64,000 nucleotides of DNA from an uncultured Acidimicrobiaceae bacterium. GTDB taxonomy: Bacteria; Actinomycetota; Acidimicrobiia; Acidimicrobiales; RAAP-2. Where the stretch lies: positions 89,681 to 153,680 of the forward strand of contig CAWKII010000001.1 of assembly GCA_963849705.1 (NCBI GenBank). The letters run 5' to 3'. Made by a program: the position numbers and the translations under genes. Position 1 is the stretch's first letter, and each line of letters begins with the position of its first letter. Below are positions 30,497 through 39,942 of the stretch, in pieces. Below the pieces are notes generated by a model. The model had not been told where the DNA came from and did not search any database. It was given only the letters and a program-made list of their open reading frames with translations.

Positions 30497-30525
30497 ACGC
30501 TAGGAGAGGGCGCATCCGTCGGCAA
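30497..30525 (-). promoter_or_regulatory. Putative SigA promoter of the PASTA/RlpA gene
   Basis: TTGCCG-N17-TAGCGT on the minus strand, just downstream of the tatD terminator. Confidence 0.55.
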
Positions 30526-30534
30526 CTCATCATC

Positions 30535-30560
30535 AAAAAGCCCTTGAATTACGGGCTTTT
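30535..30560 (-). terminator. Intrinsic terminator after tatD
   Basis: AAAAGCCC-GTAATTCAA-GGGCTTTTT hairpin with U-tract, 5 nt after the tatD stop. Confidence 0.75.
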
Positions 30561-30565
30561 GCCGC

Positions 30566-31360
30566 TCACCCGACGGTCACATTGAAGAGCCGAGCCGAGT
30601 TGGCCGACGTCGCCTCTCGCAGCGCCAGCGGGTCGTCGCCGCGCAGCTCGGCGACGTACTGGCCGACGAGCGACACGAAGGCCGGCTCGTTCTTCTTTCC
30701 GCGATGGGGCACGGGCGCCAGAAACGGGCTGTCCGTTTCGACGTGCAGACGATCGAGGGGAACGAGTCGCGTCGCCTCGCGCACGAGATCCGCGTTCTTG
30801 AAGGTCACGATTCCCGAGATAGAAATGTCGCACCCGAGCGCCAAGCACCCCTCGGCGTCCTCCGGCGTTCCCGTGAAGCAGTGGATCACCGTGCGCGCCG
30901 GAACGCCCTCACTCGACAAGATCGCGAACAGGTCGTCGAAGGCGTCGCGCGCGTGCACGACGAGAGCGAGGTCGAGCTCCGAAGCGAGGGCGATCTGAGC
31001 GCTAAACGCGCGGCGCTGGGCCTCCCGGGGGGAGTGTTCGTAGAAGTAGTCCAGCCCGCACTCCCCTATGCCCACCAGGCGAGGGTGGCCGGATCGAGCC
31101 AAATCCGCCACGGGATCAAGGTCGTCTTTGGCGTCATGGGGGTGAAGTCCGACCGTGGCGAAGATCTCTACGGGACCGGCCAGTTCCGTCAGGCCAAGGG
31201 CCTCGACGGAGCTGCGAAGCCCCGTTCCCACGACGATGACTCGATCGACGCCGGCCACGTGGGCCCGTTCGAGGGTGGCGATCACTTCCTCGCGAGCGTT
31301 GTGCGGGGTGTCGAGGAACTCATCTTGGAGGTGACAGTGGGCGTCCGTCCAGCCGCTCAT
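30566..31360 (-). CDS. tatD: TatD family hydrolase
   Basis: DAHCH, VGLHPH, IGECGLDY, VVHARDA, VIHCFTG and ETDSPFLAP. Confidence 0.95.
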   Translation of the reverse strand: MSGWTDAHCHLQDEFLDTPHNAREEVIATLERAHVAGVDRVIVVGTGLRSSVEALGLTELAGPVEIFATVGLHPHDAKDDLDPVADLARSGHPRLVGIGECGLDYFYEHSPREAQRRAFSAQIALASELDLALVVHARDAFDDLFAILSSEGVPARTVIHCFTGTPEDAEGCLALGCDISISGIVTFKNADLVREATRLVPLDRLHVETDSPFLAPVPHRGKKNEPAFVSLVGQYVAELRGDDPLALREATSANSARLFNVTVG

Positions 31361-32889
31361 TGATCGCTCTGTATACGTGGGAACAGGGACTCGCCCTTGG
31401 ACACGGTGAGGCCCCCTGGGTACCTCCCCCACTCAACGGCCGCCGTAAAAGGCTCGAAGGTCGGGGATCCCCCGAGGCCGAGACGTCGCCAGATCTCCTC
31501 GGCCACACTCGGCATGGCGGGCGAGACCAGTATCGCCACGATGCGAATCGCCTCGAGCGCGTCGCCCATCACCGCGTCGAGGTCATCGCCCGGCTCCATC
31601 TTCCAGGGCGCGTGCGTCTCCAGGTAGGCGTTGGTGGCGCCGATCAGTTCCCACGTCGCCTCCAGGGCTCGCTGGGGCGCGAAGTGCTCCCACGCGTCAG
31701 CGGCGGCGGCCGTCGTCGCGACGGCGACCTGGCGCAGCGACGAGTGGAGCCGGGGCGCCGGACCAAGGCCCTGACACTTTGAGACCACGACCGCGGCCAC
31801 CCGGGCCACGAGATTACCGAGGTTATTAGCCAAGTCGGTGTTGTAACGCGCGGCGATTCCCTCCAGGGAGAACTCGCCATCGTTGCCGAGAGCCGTTTCG
31901 CGAAGCAGGTAGTAGCGAAGAGGGTCGACCCCGAACTCCTGGGAGAGCGCGATGGGCTCGATGTCGGTGATCTTGACCGCGCCCGCGGCCGCCATGGTCT
32001 TGCCGAGCTTCTCTCCCCCGATCAAGAGCCATCCATTCACGTGGACGTGGTGCACGGGATCGAGGCCCGCGGCCATGCACATGGCCGGCCACCAGACGGT
32101 GTGAAAGCGCAGGATCTCCTTGCCGATCAAGTGGTTCGAGTGGGGCCACCAGTACTCGACCTCGTCGTGGTCGCGTCCGTACCCGATGGCCGACAGGTAG
32201 TTGATGAGGGCGTCGTACCAGACGTAGAACACGTGACGCTCGTCCCAGGGCACGGGAACGCCCCAGGTGATCGAGGTACGGGTAATCGAGATGTCGCGAA
32301 GCCCGCCCTTAATAAAGGACAGCGCTTCGTTGTACTTCGTCTCCGGGGTGACAAAGCCCGGGTGGGCCTCGAAGTGGTCGAGCAGTCGGTCCTGAAAGGC
32401 GCTCAGGCGAAAGAACCAGTTCTCTTCTTCCATCTCCGTTAAGACGCTGTGGTGGATGGGACAGCGACCTTCGTCGCTCGCTTCAAGGGTGTAGTAGTCC
32501 TCGCAGCTCACGCAGTAGAGCCCCTTGTAGACGTCTTTGTAGATAAAGCCGTTGTCGTAGATCGTGGAGAGGAACTTCTGCACTGTCTCGTAGTGGCGGG
32601 GCTCGGTAGTGCGGATGAAGTCGTCGTAGCTGATGTCAAGGACGTCCCAAGCGAGCTTGAAGCGCTCGGAGGTTCGATCGGTCCACTCTTTCGGCGAGTA
32701 GCCGTTCTTGGTGGCCGCGTCGGCCATCTTCTGTCCGTGCTCGTCGGTGCCGGTGAGAAACTTGACCTCGTCGCCGGCCAGGCGGTGCCAGCGGGCGAGC
32801 GCGTCCGCGTTTACCGTCGTGTAGGCCGAGCCAACATGGGGAGCGTCATTGACGTAGTAGATGGGCGTCGTCAGATAAAAGCGGCTCAT
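31357..32889 (-). CDS. metG: Methionine-tRNA ligase (short MetRS1 type)
   Basis: YLTTPIYYVN..PH.G, LTGTDEHGQK, CVSCE, YVWYDALINY, GKEILRFH and LANNLGNL. Confidence 0.97.
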   Translation of the reverse strand: MSRFYLTTPIYYVNDAPHVGSAYTTVNADALARWHRLAGDEVKFLTGTDEHGQKMADAATKNGYSPKEWTDRTSERFKLAWDVLDISYDDFIRTTEPRHYETVQKFLSTIYDNGFIYKDVYKGLYCVSCEDYYTLEASDEGRCPIHHSVLTEMEEENWFFRLSAFQDRLLDHFEAHPGFVTPETKYNEALSFIKGGLRDISITRTSITWGVPVPWDERHVFYVWYDALINYLSAIGYGRDHDEVEYWWPHSNHLIGKEILRFHTVWWPAMCMAAGLDPVHHVHVNGWLLIGGEKLGKTMAAAGAVKITDIEPIALSQEFGVDPLRYYLLRETALGNDGEFSLEGIAARYNTDLANNLGNLVARVAAVVVSKCQGLGPAPRLHSSLRQVAVATTAAAADAWEHFAPQRALEATWELIGATNAYLETHAPWKMEPGDDLDAVMGDALEAIRIVAILVSPAMPSVAEEIWRRLGLGGSPTFEPFTAAVEWGRYPGGLTVSKGESLFPRIQSDQ

Positions 32890-32914
32890 GGCTAAAAGAG
32901 GTTAGTAAGTAATG

Positions 32915-33769
32915 TCACTTGTCTTTTCGGGCGTCCAGCGCGAGTTGGTAGACGTCGCGACGAGAAACTCCCAGCGTCTCGGCCACGTAGTCGACGGCGT
33001 CGCGCGTGGTGGCCCCGTCGTTCCACTGCTCGTGCAGAGCCGCGAGCACGACGTGGTCCTCGAGCGCCGTTTCGGGGGTCTCTCCCTCCAAGACGACCAC
33101 GATCTCTCCCACGACGTCTCTCGCGGCGAAGATCGACGCCACCTCTTCCAAGGTTCCTCGTACTAACTCCTCGTGCAGTTTCGTCAGTTCGCGGGCCACC
33201 ACCACGCGGCGCTCGGGATAGATCGACGCGAGTTCGCGCAGTACCGAGGCGAGACGCTGCGGGGACTCGTAGAAGACGACGGTTCGCTCCTCGTTCGCCC
33301 ACTCCCCATAACGCTGTTGGCGTTCGCCCGACTTTCGGGGCAAGAAACCCTCCATCACGAATCGTTCGCTCGACAGTCCACTGATGGACAGGGCGGCAAC
33401 GACGGCCGAGGGGCCCGGCGCGGTGCTCACGCGGAGACCGGCCGCGATGACGGCCGCCACGGCCCGCGCCCCGGGGTCGGAGATGCCCGGGGTCCCGGCG
33501 TCACTGATAAGAACGACCAGCTCGCCCGAGCGCACGCGCGCCACGATCTCCTCGCTCTGGGCGGCCTCGTTGTGTTCATGCAGCGACTGAAGTCTCCGAC
33601 CGGTCGCGATATCGTTCGCGCTAAAGAGCACCCGTGAGTGACGCGTGTCCTCGCAGTAGATCACGTCGGCGTCGCGGAAAAGTTCGAGTGCTCGACGCGA
33701 GAGATCGCCCAGGTTGCCCAGGGGGGTCGCCACGAGCACCAACTGGCCGGCGGTCTTGGTCTCTTCCAC
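32915..33769 (-). CDS. rsmI: 16S rRNA C1402 2'-O-methyltransferase
   Basis: LVATPLGNLGD, CEDTR, ISDAGTPGISDPG, FYESP and ARELTKLHEE. Confidence 0.96.
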   Translation of the reverse strand: MEETKTAGQLVLVATPLGNLGDLSRRALELFRDADVIYCEDTRHSRVLFSANDIATGRRLQSLHEHNEAAQSEEIVARVRSGELVVLISDAGTPGISDPGARAVAAVIAAGLRVSTAPGPSAVVAALSISGLSSERFVMEGFLPRKSGERQQRYGEWANEERTVVFYESPQRLASVLRELASIYPERRVVVARELTKLHEELVRGTLEEVASIFAARDVVGEIVVVLEGETPETALEDHVVLAALHEQWNDGATTRDAVDYVAETLGVSRRDVYQLALDARKDK

Positions 33770-33822
33770 GCTGATTCCCTCGTTTGGCTGGCGACGCGCT
33801 CTAGCCACTAACATTGTCACCT

Positions 33823-33906
33823 ATGTCAAAGCGGACCGTGAAGCGCAAACTACGCGCAAAAAAGAAGGCCAACCACGGCAAAAAGCCGAACTGCGGTCGC
33901 GGCTAG
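33823..33906 (+). CDS. 50S ribosomal protein bL37-like, 27 aa
   Basis: Manual translation MSKRTVKRKLRAKKKANHGKKPNCGRG carries the KANHGKxPN signature of mycobacterial bL37. TAACAT -10 lies 8 nt upstream, and the ORF fills the intergenic gap exactly. Confidence 0.85.
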   Translation: MSKRTVKRKLRAKKKANHGKKPNCGRG

Positions 33907-34760
33907 CTCTCGAGCCGGCCATCCCACGCACAGTCCCGCTCGGCTAGCAACGTCGCGAGCGGTGTCGGTCGATCACTGACGAGTCCGTCCACACCCAGAT
34001 CGAGCAGTCGTGCCATCTCGTCGACCTCGTTGATCGTCCAGACGTGCACCGCGATATCGCAGCGGTGCGCCGCCTCAACAAAGGACTCGGTGACGACGTC
34101 CACCTGGCCGAATGTCGCGGGCACCTGAAAGGCGCACACCGGAGGAACGAGGGGATGGTCGTCAAGGTGGGAGAAGTAGAAAGCGGCCGCCTCTTGAGTG
34201 GCCGCGGAGGTGGCCACCTCGGGCGCGAGCGTGCGGAATCTCTCGATGGCCTGGTCGTGAAAGGACGCCACGATCACCGAATCGGTGATCTCTAAGTACC
34301 GAAGCTGCTCGTAGAGCAACTTCTCGTACGGCTCGACGTCGGGATCGGTGCGTTTGATATCGAGATTCAACAGCACGCCAGGAAACGCCGTGGCCACTTC
34401 CTCTAAGGTCGCCACCGCGAAACGCCGGTCCGTGGCTCCACGATCGCGATGAAGATACGCACTCGCCTCACGCCCTGGCGTGGCCACGTCTCCCTCGATC
34501 CACCAGTACGCGTTATCCATCTCTGCTATCTCGTTCCGCGTGAGCTGCGCGATCTCGCCGTGATGGTTGGTCGTTCGATCGACGGCGCTGTCGTGACAGA
34601 CAACCACCTGGCGATCGTGAGTCGCGTGAACGTCAAGTTCGATGGCCGTTGCTCCGACAGAGAGGGCGTGTTCAATCGCGAAGAGTGTCGACGACGGACC
34701 TTCGAACGATCCGCCTTGGTGCGCGAAAGCGATGACGCGCCGCGCGAGCCAGGGGTTCAC
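33903..34760 (-). CDS. Glycerophosphodiester phosphodiesterase
   Basis: FAHQGG, IELDVHATHD..VVCHD..VDRTT, NLDIK, VHVWTIN and GVDGLVSDRP. Confidence 0.92.
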   Translation of the reverse strand: MNPWLARRVIAFAHQGGSFEGPSSTLFAIEHALSVGATAIELDVHATHDRQVVVCHDSAVDRTTNHHGEIAQLTRNEIAEMDNAYWWIEGDVATPGREASAYLHRDRGATDRRFAVATLEEVATAFPGVLLNLDIKRTDPDVEPYEKLLYEQLRYLEITDSVIVASFHDQAIERFRTLAPEVATSAATQEAAAFYFSHLDDHPLVPPVCAFQVPATFGQVDVVTESFVEAAHRCDIAVHVWTINEVDEMARLLDLGVDGLVSDRPTPLATLLAERDCAWDGRLES

Positions 34761-35083
34761 TTCGCGGGAAGTCCGTACGGGTACAGCCTCAGTCGCATGC
34801 GGTGTTCTAAGTAGAACGCCAGGCCCGGTACGAAACCCGCGAAGAGCATGAGACCCAGCAGGCCCGGGTTTAAACGAAACTTCATCACCAGGTTGAAGCA
34901 CGCGATCATATAGATCGGATAGAGCACTAGGCCGTGTCCAATACCGACGACCTTGACGAAGAGGTACATGTGCTTCCACAGCGTTAGGTCGACGGTGTGC
35001 AAGAAAAGGGTGATGAAGAGAACAATCAACGTCGTTCCGGTTATGTACGACATGGCGCGATAGCGCACGAACGTGCCAGTCAC
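34757..35083 (-). CDS. DUF3817 family membrane protein
   Basis: YRAMSYITG, GIGHG..Y.IY and AGFVPGLAFYLE. Confidence 0.78.
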   Translation of the reverse strand: MTGTFVRYRAMSYITGTTLIVLFITLFLHTVDLTLWKHMYLFVKVVGIGHGLVLYPIYMIACFNLVMKFRLNPGLLGLMLFAGFVPGLAFYLEHRMRLRLYPYGLPAK

Positions 35084-35455
35084 TTAGTGTCCCCAGAGTC
35101 TCTTCTTGGGTTCATGCGAGAGCCGCTCGAGGTGGTCGTTGTAGGCGGCGAGGGTGGGGTCTTCCTCGTCGGCAGCCCGCCGGGCCGCCAGCGCGTCGGC
35201 GCGCATCTTCTCCTCGTACTCGCGACGAGCCTTTTCCTTGTGTTCGCTGACTTTTTCGGCGTTGAGCAGCGAGTACCACCCGAGTACGCCCAGGACGCCA
35301 ATGACCGGCCACTCGATGGAGTAGAGGAAGCTTAGAGAGTTCCCCTGAATCGCTCGGCCCACCTGCCACCACGCCGCCAGGGCGCAGGTCACGATCCAAA
35401 CGATCAGGGCAATGTGCAGTCCGATCGCTCGGAGTGAGAAATACTTAGAGCGCAC
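35084..35455 (-). CDS. Conserved actinobacterial two-TM membrane protein
   Basis: WWQVGRA.QGN.LSFLYSIEWP and a C-terminal DPTLAAYNDHL. Directly upstream of the DUF3817 gene. Confidence 0.7.
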   Translation of the reverse strand: MRSKYFSLRAIGLHIALIVWIVTCALAAWWQVGRAIQGNSLSFLYSIEWPVIGVLGVLGWYSLLNAEKVSEHKEKARREYEEKMRADALAARRAADEEDPTLAAYNDHLERLSHEPKKRLWGH

Positions 35456-35510
35456 TGAGCCATCCTAACGAGCCAATCTCAATTCAAAAGAGGGGTCGTA
35501 AGATGGGTCG

Positions 35511-36350
35511 GTGCCCGACATGTCGAACGCGCCGTTTTCTTGGCACCACCTCAATGAATGGAATTTGGGTGTTATTCCCATCATCCTGATGCTCTGCGCG
35601 GGTCTGATCTATGTCCAGTACGCCCGCAAGGTTCCTACGTGGCCGACGGTGCGCTCGTTCTGTTTTGGGGCCGGCCTCTTCGTGACCTTCATCGCGACGC
35701 AGTCCTTCATCGGGTTCTACGACATGGAGTATTTCAGCGATCACATGATCCAACACCTCTTGTTGATCATGGTGGCCGCCCCGCTCTTCGCCCTGAGCGC
35801 CCCGCTCGACCTCGCCTACGACGCCGGCAGCGCCACGATGCGACGATGGCTCGACAGTAAGTTCATGGAGCGCCTCACCCACCCGCTCGTCGCGTTCGCC
35901 CTGTACTTCTTCTTCATTCCCTTCACCCACTTGACGGGGTTTATGAACCTGATGATGACGCACATGTGGCTCCATCACTTTGAGGAGATCGGCTTCTTGG
36001 TAGTGGGCTATCTCTTCTTTCGTGCGGCCTTTGGACTCGAACGCGGCGTCAAGCTCCACCCGGGCCTTCGCCTGGTCTACGTCATGGCCGCCGTGCCGGT
36101 CGACACTTTTACCGGACTGGTCTTGTCGAACTCCTCGCGTGTTCCCTACTCCAACTTCGCCACGATGGCACCCCGGGGTTCGAGCGCGGCGTGGCGACTC
36201 TCCGACATCAAACTCGGAGGCGCCATCATGTGGATTGGCGGCGACGCCTTGATGCTGCTGGCGTGCATCCCCATCGCCGTCATGTGGGTGAAGTGGGAGA
36301 TGATCCAGACGAAGAAACTCGACGCGATCCTCGACGCGCAAGGGATCTGA
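35511..36350 (+). CDS. ctaG: Cytochrome c oxidase assembly factor (caa3-type CtaG family)
   Basis: FSDHMIQHLLLIMVAAPL, THP, HHFEE..F.VVGYLFF and DIKLGGAIMWIGG. Confidence 0.85.
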   Translation: MPDMSNAPFSWHHLNEWNLGVIPIILMLCAGLIYVQYARKVPTWPTVRSFCFGAGLFVTFIATQSFIGFYDMEYFSDHMIQHLLLIMVAAPLFALSAPLDLAYDAGSATMRRWLDSKFMERLTHPLVAFALYFFFIPFTHLTGFMNLMMTHMWLHHFEEIGFLVVGYLFFRAAFGLERGVKLHPGLRLVYVMAAVPVDTFTGLVLSNSSRVPYSNFATMAPRGSSAAWRLSDIKLGGAIMWIGGDALMLLACIPIAVMWVKWEMIQTKKLDAILDAQGI

Positions 36351-36351
36351 A

Positions 36352-37389
36352 CTACAACAGTCCCGCTTCAATGCCAAGTTCTTCGAGATCGTTCTCCGGC
36401 CGCGCGCCAAAGTGGGTAATGACCTCGCCAGCGCACAGTGAACCGAGTTCGGCCGCTTCGACCGGATCGGCACCGAGAGCGAGTCCGTAGAGAAAACCCG
36501 AGGCGAACATGTCGCCCGCGCCGTTTTGGTCCACCACGGTGTCGACCTCCATGGCGGGCACACTCACCACTCCTGACACCGTGGCGACATCGGCTCCTTT
36601 AGCCCCCCGCGTCACGACGGCCAGGACGCCTAACTCGTCGAGCGCCTCGAAGGCTTGCTCTAGATACTCGAACTGAAAAAGCGCCAAGATCTCCGCCTCG
36701 TTGGCGAGCAGCACGTCGACGTCACTCGTCACCAGGTCGAGGAAGCCTCGGCGGTGCCGGCGCACGCAGAACATGTCCGAGAGCGAAAGGGCCACCATCG
36801 AGTCGTGATCGTGAGCGAAGTTGACGACCTTGCGGATCGACTCCATGGCCGGGGGCAGGTCGAAGAGGTAGCCCTCGACGTAGGTGATCTCCGAGCGAGC
36901 GATGAGGTCTTCTTTGATGTCATCGACGTTCAACTTGTTCGATGCGCCCAGGTACGTGGCCATGGTGCGCTGGGCGTCGCTCGTAATAAAGACGTGACAT
37001 CGCCCGGTTGCTCCTTCGCCGGGCTTCGCTAGGGCCAGGTCGAGTTCCACGCCCAGGGACGCGAGGTCGCTGCGAAAGCGATCCCCGAACTCATCGTCGG
37101 CGACTTTGCCGATGTAGCCGCACGTTCCGCCGAGCGCCGCGACACCGGCGATCGAGTTCGCCACCGATCCCCCGGAGACCTGGATGGTGGGACCCATCGC
37201 GTTGAAGAAGGTCTCGAGCTGCTCCTCTTCGATGAGCGACATGGACGCTTTGACGAGACCTAATCGGTCATACACCTCGTCGAGATCTTCGGTGATGATG
37301 TCGAGCATGGCGTTACCTATGCCCGTGACGGCCAGTCGATGAGGGCCCGGTTTCATGCGCAGCGAAACGGGCGTGGGCGTTGATGTCAC
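36352..37389 (-). CDS. PfkB family adenosine kinase-like protein
   Basis: GIGNAMLD, SGGSVANS, GKVADDEFG, QRTMATYLGA, YVEGYLFD, ANEAE and DQNGAGDMFASGFL. Confidence 0.85.
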   Translation of the reverse strand: MTSTPTPVSLRMKPGPHRLAVTGIGNAMLDIITEDLDEVYDRLGLVKASMSLIEEEQLETFFNAMGPTIQVSGGSVANSIAGVAALGGTCGYIGKVADDEFGDRFRSDLASLGVELDLALAKPGEGATGRCHVFITSDAQRTMATYLGASNKLNVDDIKEDLIARSEITYVEGYLFDLPPAMESIRKVVNFAHDHDSMVALSLSDMFCVRRHRRGFLDLVTSDVDVLLANEAEILALFQFEYLEQAFEALDELGVLAVVTRGAKGADVATVSGVVSVPAMEVDTVVDQNGAGDMFASGFLYGLALGADPVEAAELGSLCAGEVITHFGARPENDLEELGIEAGLL

Positions 37390-37428
37390 TTGGAGAGCGT
37401 AGAGGATTTGGACCTAAAGTGGCCAGTT

Positions 37429-39933
37429 GTGACCGAATCCGCGAACCCCTATCGCCTTGCTCGAACCGTCGTCCCCTCCGCCTATCGAATCTTCCTGACC
37501 CCTGACCTGGAGAAGGCCACGTTCGCGGGGCGCGTGGAAGTGGAGATCGAGATCACCGAGTCCATCAGCGAGATGACGCTGCACGCCCTCAACCTCGAAC
37601 TCGGCGCCGCCACCGTCAGTAGCGACGGAACGAGTTACCGCTCGTTAGAGCATCGACTGGACGAGACCTACGAGACCGTCACGTTCGTGTTCGATCGAGC
37701 ACTGCCCTCGGGTCCGGCGGTGTTCGAGGTCGCCTTCGACGGTACGTTGAACGAGCAGCTGGTCGGGTTCTACCGATCGACCTTCGTCGACGATGAGGGA
37801 ACGACGCACGTGATCGCCACGACGCAGTTTGAAGAGACCGACGCGCGCCGAGCCTTTCCGTGCTGGGACGAACCGATCTTTAAGGCTACTTATCAGGTAA
37901 ATCTCACCATCCCGAGTCACCTCGCGGCCTACTCCAACTCCCCGGTCGACACCGACACCGACCTCGCCAACGGTCAGCGCTCTCTCAGTTTCAAGCCCAC
38001 GATGAAGATGTCGACCTACCTCGTGGCCTTCGTCGTAGGCCCCTTCGAAGAGACCCCCGCTCTCGACGTCGACGGGGTGCCGCTGCGCGTCGTCACCCCG
38101 ATCGGCAAACTGCATCTGACCGATCTGGCCCTCGAGGCGGGAGCCTTCGCTCTTCGCTGGTTTTCTCAGTACTTCGGCATCCCTTATCCCGGCGAGAAGC
38201 TCGACATGATCGCCATACCCGACTTCCCCACGGGCGCCATGGAGAACCTCGGCTGCATCACCTACCGGGAGACGGCGTTGTTGGTGGACCCGGCCACGAG
38301 CTCCCAGGCGGAGATTCAGCGCGTGGCTGAAGTGGTGCACCACGAGATCGCCCACATGTGGTTCGGCGATCTCGTCACCATGGAGTGGTGGCAGGGGATC
38401 TGGCTCAACGAGGCCTTCGCCACGTTCATGCAGTTGCTCTGTACCGACGCCTTTCGACCGACGTGGCGGGTCTGGGTTACGCAGAACACGATGCGCAATC
38501 TGGCCTTGCAGGTCGACGGGCTGGACTCCACGCGTCCCATTGAGTACGAGGTGGTCTCCCCCACCGACACGCGCGCCATGTTCGATCTACTGACTTACGA
38601 AAAGGGCGGCTCCACGCTTCGCATGCTCGAGCAGTACCTCGGTGACGAGGTGTTTCGTGACGGCATACGTCTCTACCTGAAGAGGCACAGCTACGCCAAC
38701 ACGGTGACGACTGACCTGTGGGACGCGCTGGAGGAGAACTCGGGCCAACCGGTGCGAGAGATGATGAACACCTGGATCCTGCAGGGCGGAGTACCGTTGG
38801 TCACCCTGGAGAAGGGGCTCTTGACCCAGGCGCCGTTTCGCTACGGTCCGGCCAAGACCCCGAGCGCTATCGGAGATCACTGGTTGACCCCGGTACTCGT
38901 ACGATCGCTCGACGGCGGTCGGCCCACCAGCCACCTCTTGCGCGACGAAGCCCTCCGCGTGAGCGATCAGGCCCCGGTTGTCGTGAACGCGGGCGGTTGG
39001 GGCGTCTTTCGAACTCGCTACGCCAGCGCCGAACTGACGGCGCTCTCACCTCGAGTGAGCGAACTCGAAGAGATCGAGCGCGCCACGCTGATGGCCGACA
39101 GCTGGGCCGCGCTCTTCGCCGGCGCTATTGCGTGGTCGGACTTCTTTGAAGTCGCCAAGGGCCTCGGCGATCAGGACGAGCCCAATCCCTGGGAGTTCGT
39201 GGCAACGGCCTTCGACATGGTCAAGCGCGCACTCGACGAGACCCAGCGCGACCTCTTGCGCGCCCAGCTTCGTGAACTCTTCGAGCCCCAACTGGCGCGT
39301 CTCGGCTGGGACGCCCGCGAGTCCGACGGAGAGCTCACTGCGCAGCTGCGCGCCATCGTGATAGCGGCACTGGGCGGGTTTGGGGAAGACCCAGCCGTGC
39401 GCGCCGAGGCGGTTCGACGATACGAAGCCGGAGAACTCGAGGGCGACCTGGCTCAGTCAATACTTCGGGTGGTCGCGACCCAGGACCGACCGGGCGACTA
39501 CGAGGCGTTCTTGGAGCACTACCGAACAGCCGCCACACCCCAAGAGCAGCTGCGCTATCTCATCGCGCTCGGCTCCTTTAACGAGGAGCGAGTCGCCCTG
39601 GACGCCGCCGCCAAGGCCTTCAGCGAGTTCCGCACCCAAGACGCGCCGCTGATGCTGCCCCTCTGGACGCGCAACGAGGTCACCGGTCCCGCCGTCTGGC
39701 GCTACCTGAGCTCGCGCTGGGAGGAGGCCACGGCGCGGTTCCCGGTCAACGCACACACGCGCATGGCGGGTGGCGTGACGACCTTCATCAACGATCCTTT
39801 ATTGGCCGACGAGGTGGAGGCCTTCCACCGCGCACACCCGGTCTCCGGTGGGTACCCCATGAACATGGACCAGCAGTTGGAGTTGATGCGCGTCGGCCTC
39901 GCGTTCGCCACGGCCATGCGCCAACAGTTCTAG
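37429..39933 (+). CDS. pepN: M1 family aminopeptidase with ERAP1-like C-terminal domain
   Basis: TQFEETDARRAFPCWDEP, GAMENLG, HEIAHMWFG..WLNEAFA and YEKGG. GTG 37429 preferred to TTG 37390. Confidence 0.93.
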   Translation: MTESANPYRLARTVVPSAYRIFLTPDLEKATFAGRVEVEIEITESISEMTLHALNLELGAATVSSDGTSYRSLEHRLDETYETVTFVFDRALPSGPAVFEVAFDGTLNEQLVGFYRSTFVDDEGTTHVIATTQFEETDARRAFPCWDEPIFKATYQVNLTIPSHLAAYSNSPVDTDTDLANGQRSLSFKPTMKMSTYLVAFVVGPFEETPALDVDGVPLRVVTPIGKLHLTDLALEAGAFALRWFSQYFGIPYPGEKLDMIAIPDFPTGAMENLGCITYRETALLVDPATSSQAEIQRVAEVVHHEIAHMWFGDLVTMEWWQGIWLNEAFATFMQLLCTDAFRPTWRVWVTQNTMRNLALQVDGLDSTRPIEYEVVSPTDTRAMFDLLTYEKGGSTLRMLEQYLGDEVFRDGIRLYLKRHSYANTVTTDLWDALEENSGQPVREMMNTWILQGGVPLVTLEKGLLTQAPFRYGPAKTPSAIGDHWLTPVLVRSLDGGRPTSHLLRDEALRVSDQAPVVVNAGGWGVFRTRYASAELTALSPRVSELEEIERATLMADSWAALFAGAIAWSDFFEVAKGLGDQDEPNPWEFVATAFDMVKRALDETQRDLLRAQLRELFEPQLARLGWDARESDGELTAQLRAIVIAALGGFGEDPAVRAEAVRRYEAGELEGDLAQSILRVVATQDRPGDYEAFLEHYRTAATPQEQLRYLIALGSFNEERVALDAAAKAFSEFRTQDAPLMLPLWTRNEVTGPAVWRYLSSRWEEATARFPVNAHTRMAGGVTTFINDPLLADEVEAFHRAHPVSGGYPMNMDQQLELMRVGLAFATAMRQQF

Positions 39934-39942
39934 GAGTCCCGC

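Noticed and set aside
35484-36563. 359-aa minus-strand ORF
   Set aside because: It lies antisense to ctaG and overlaps the kinase gene in another frame, with no recognisable domain.
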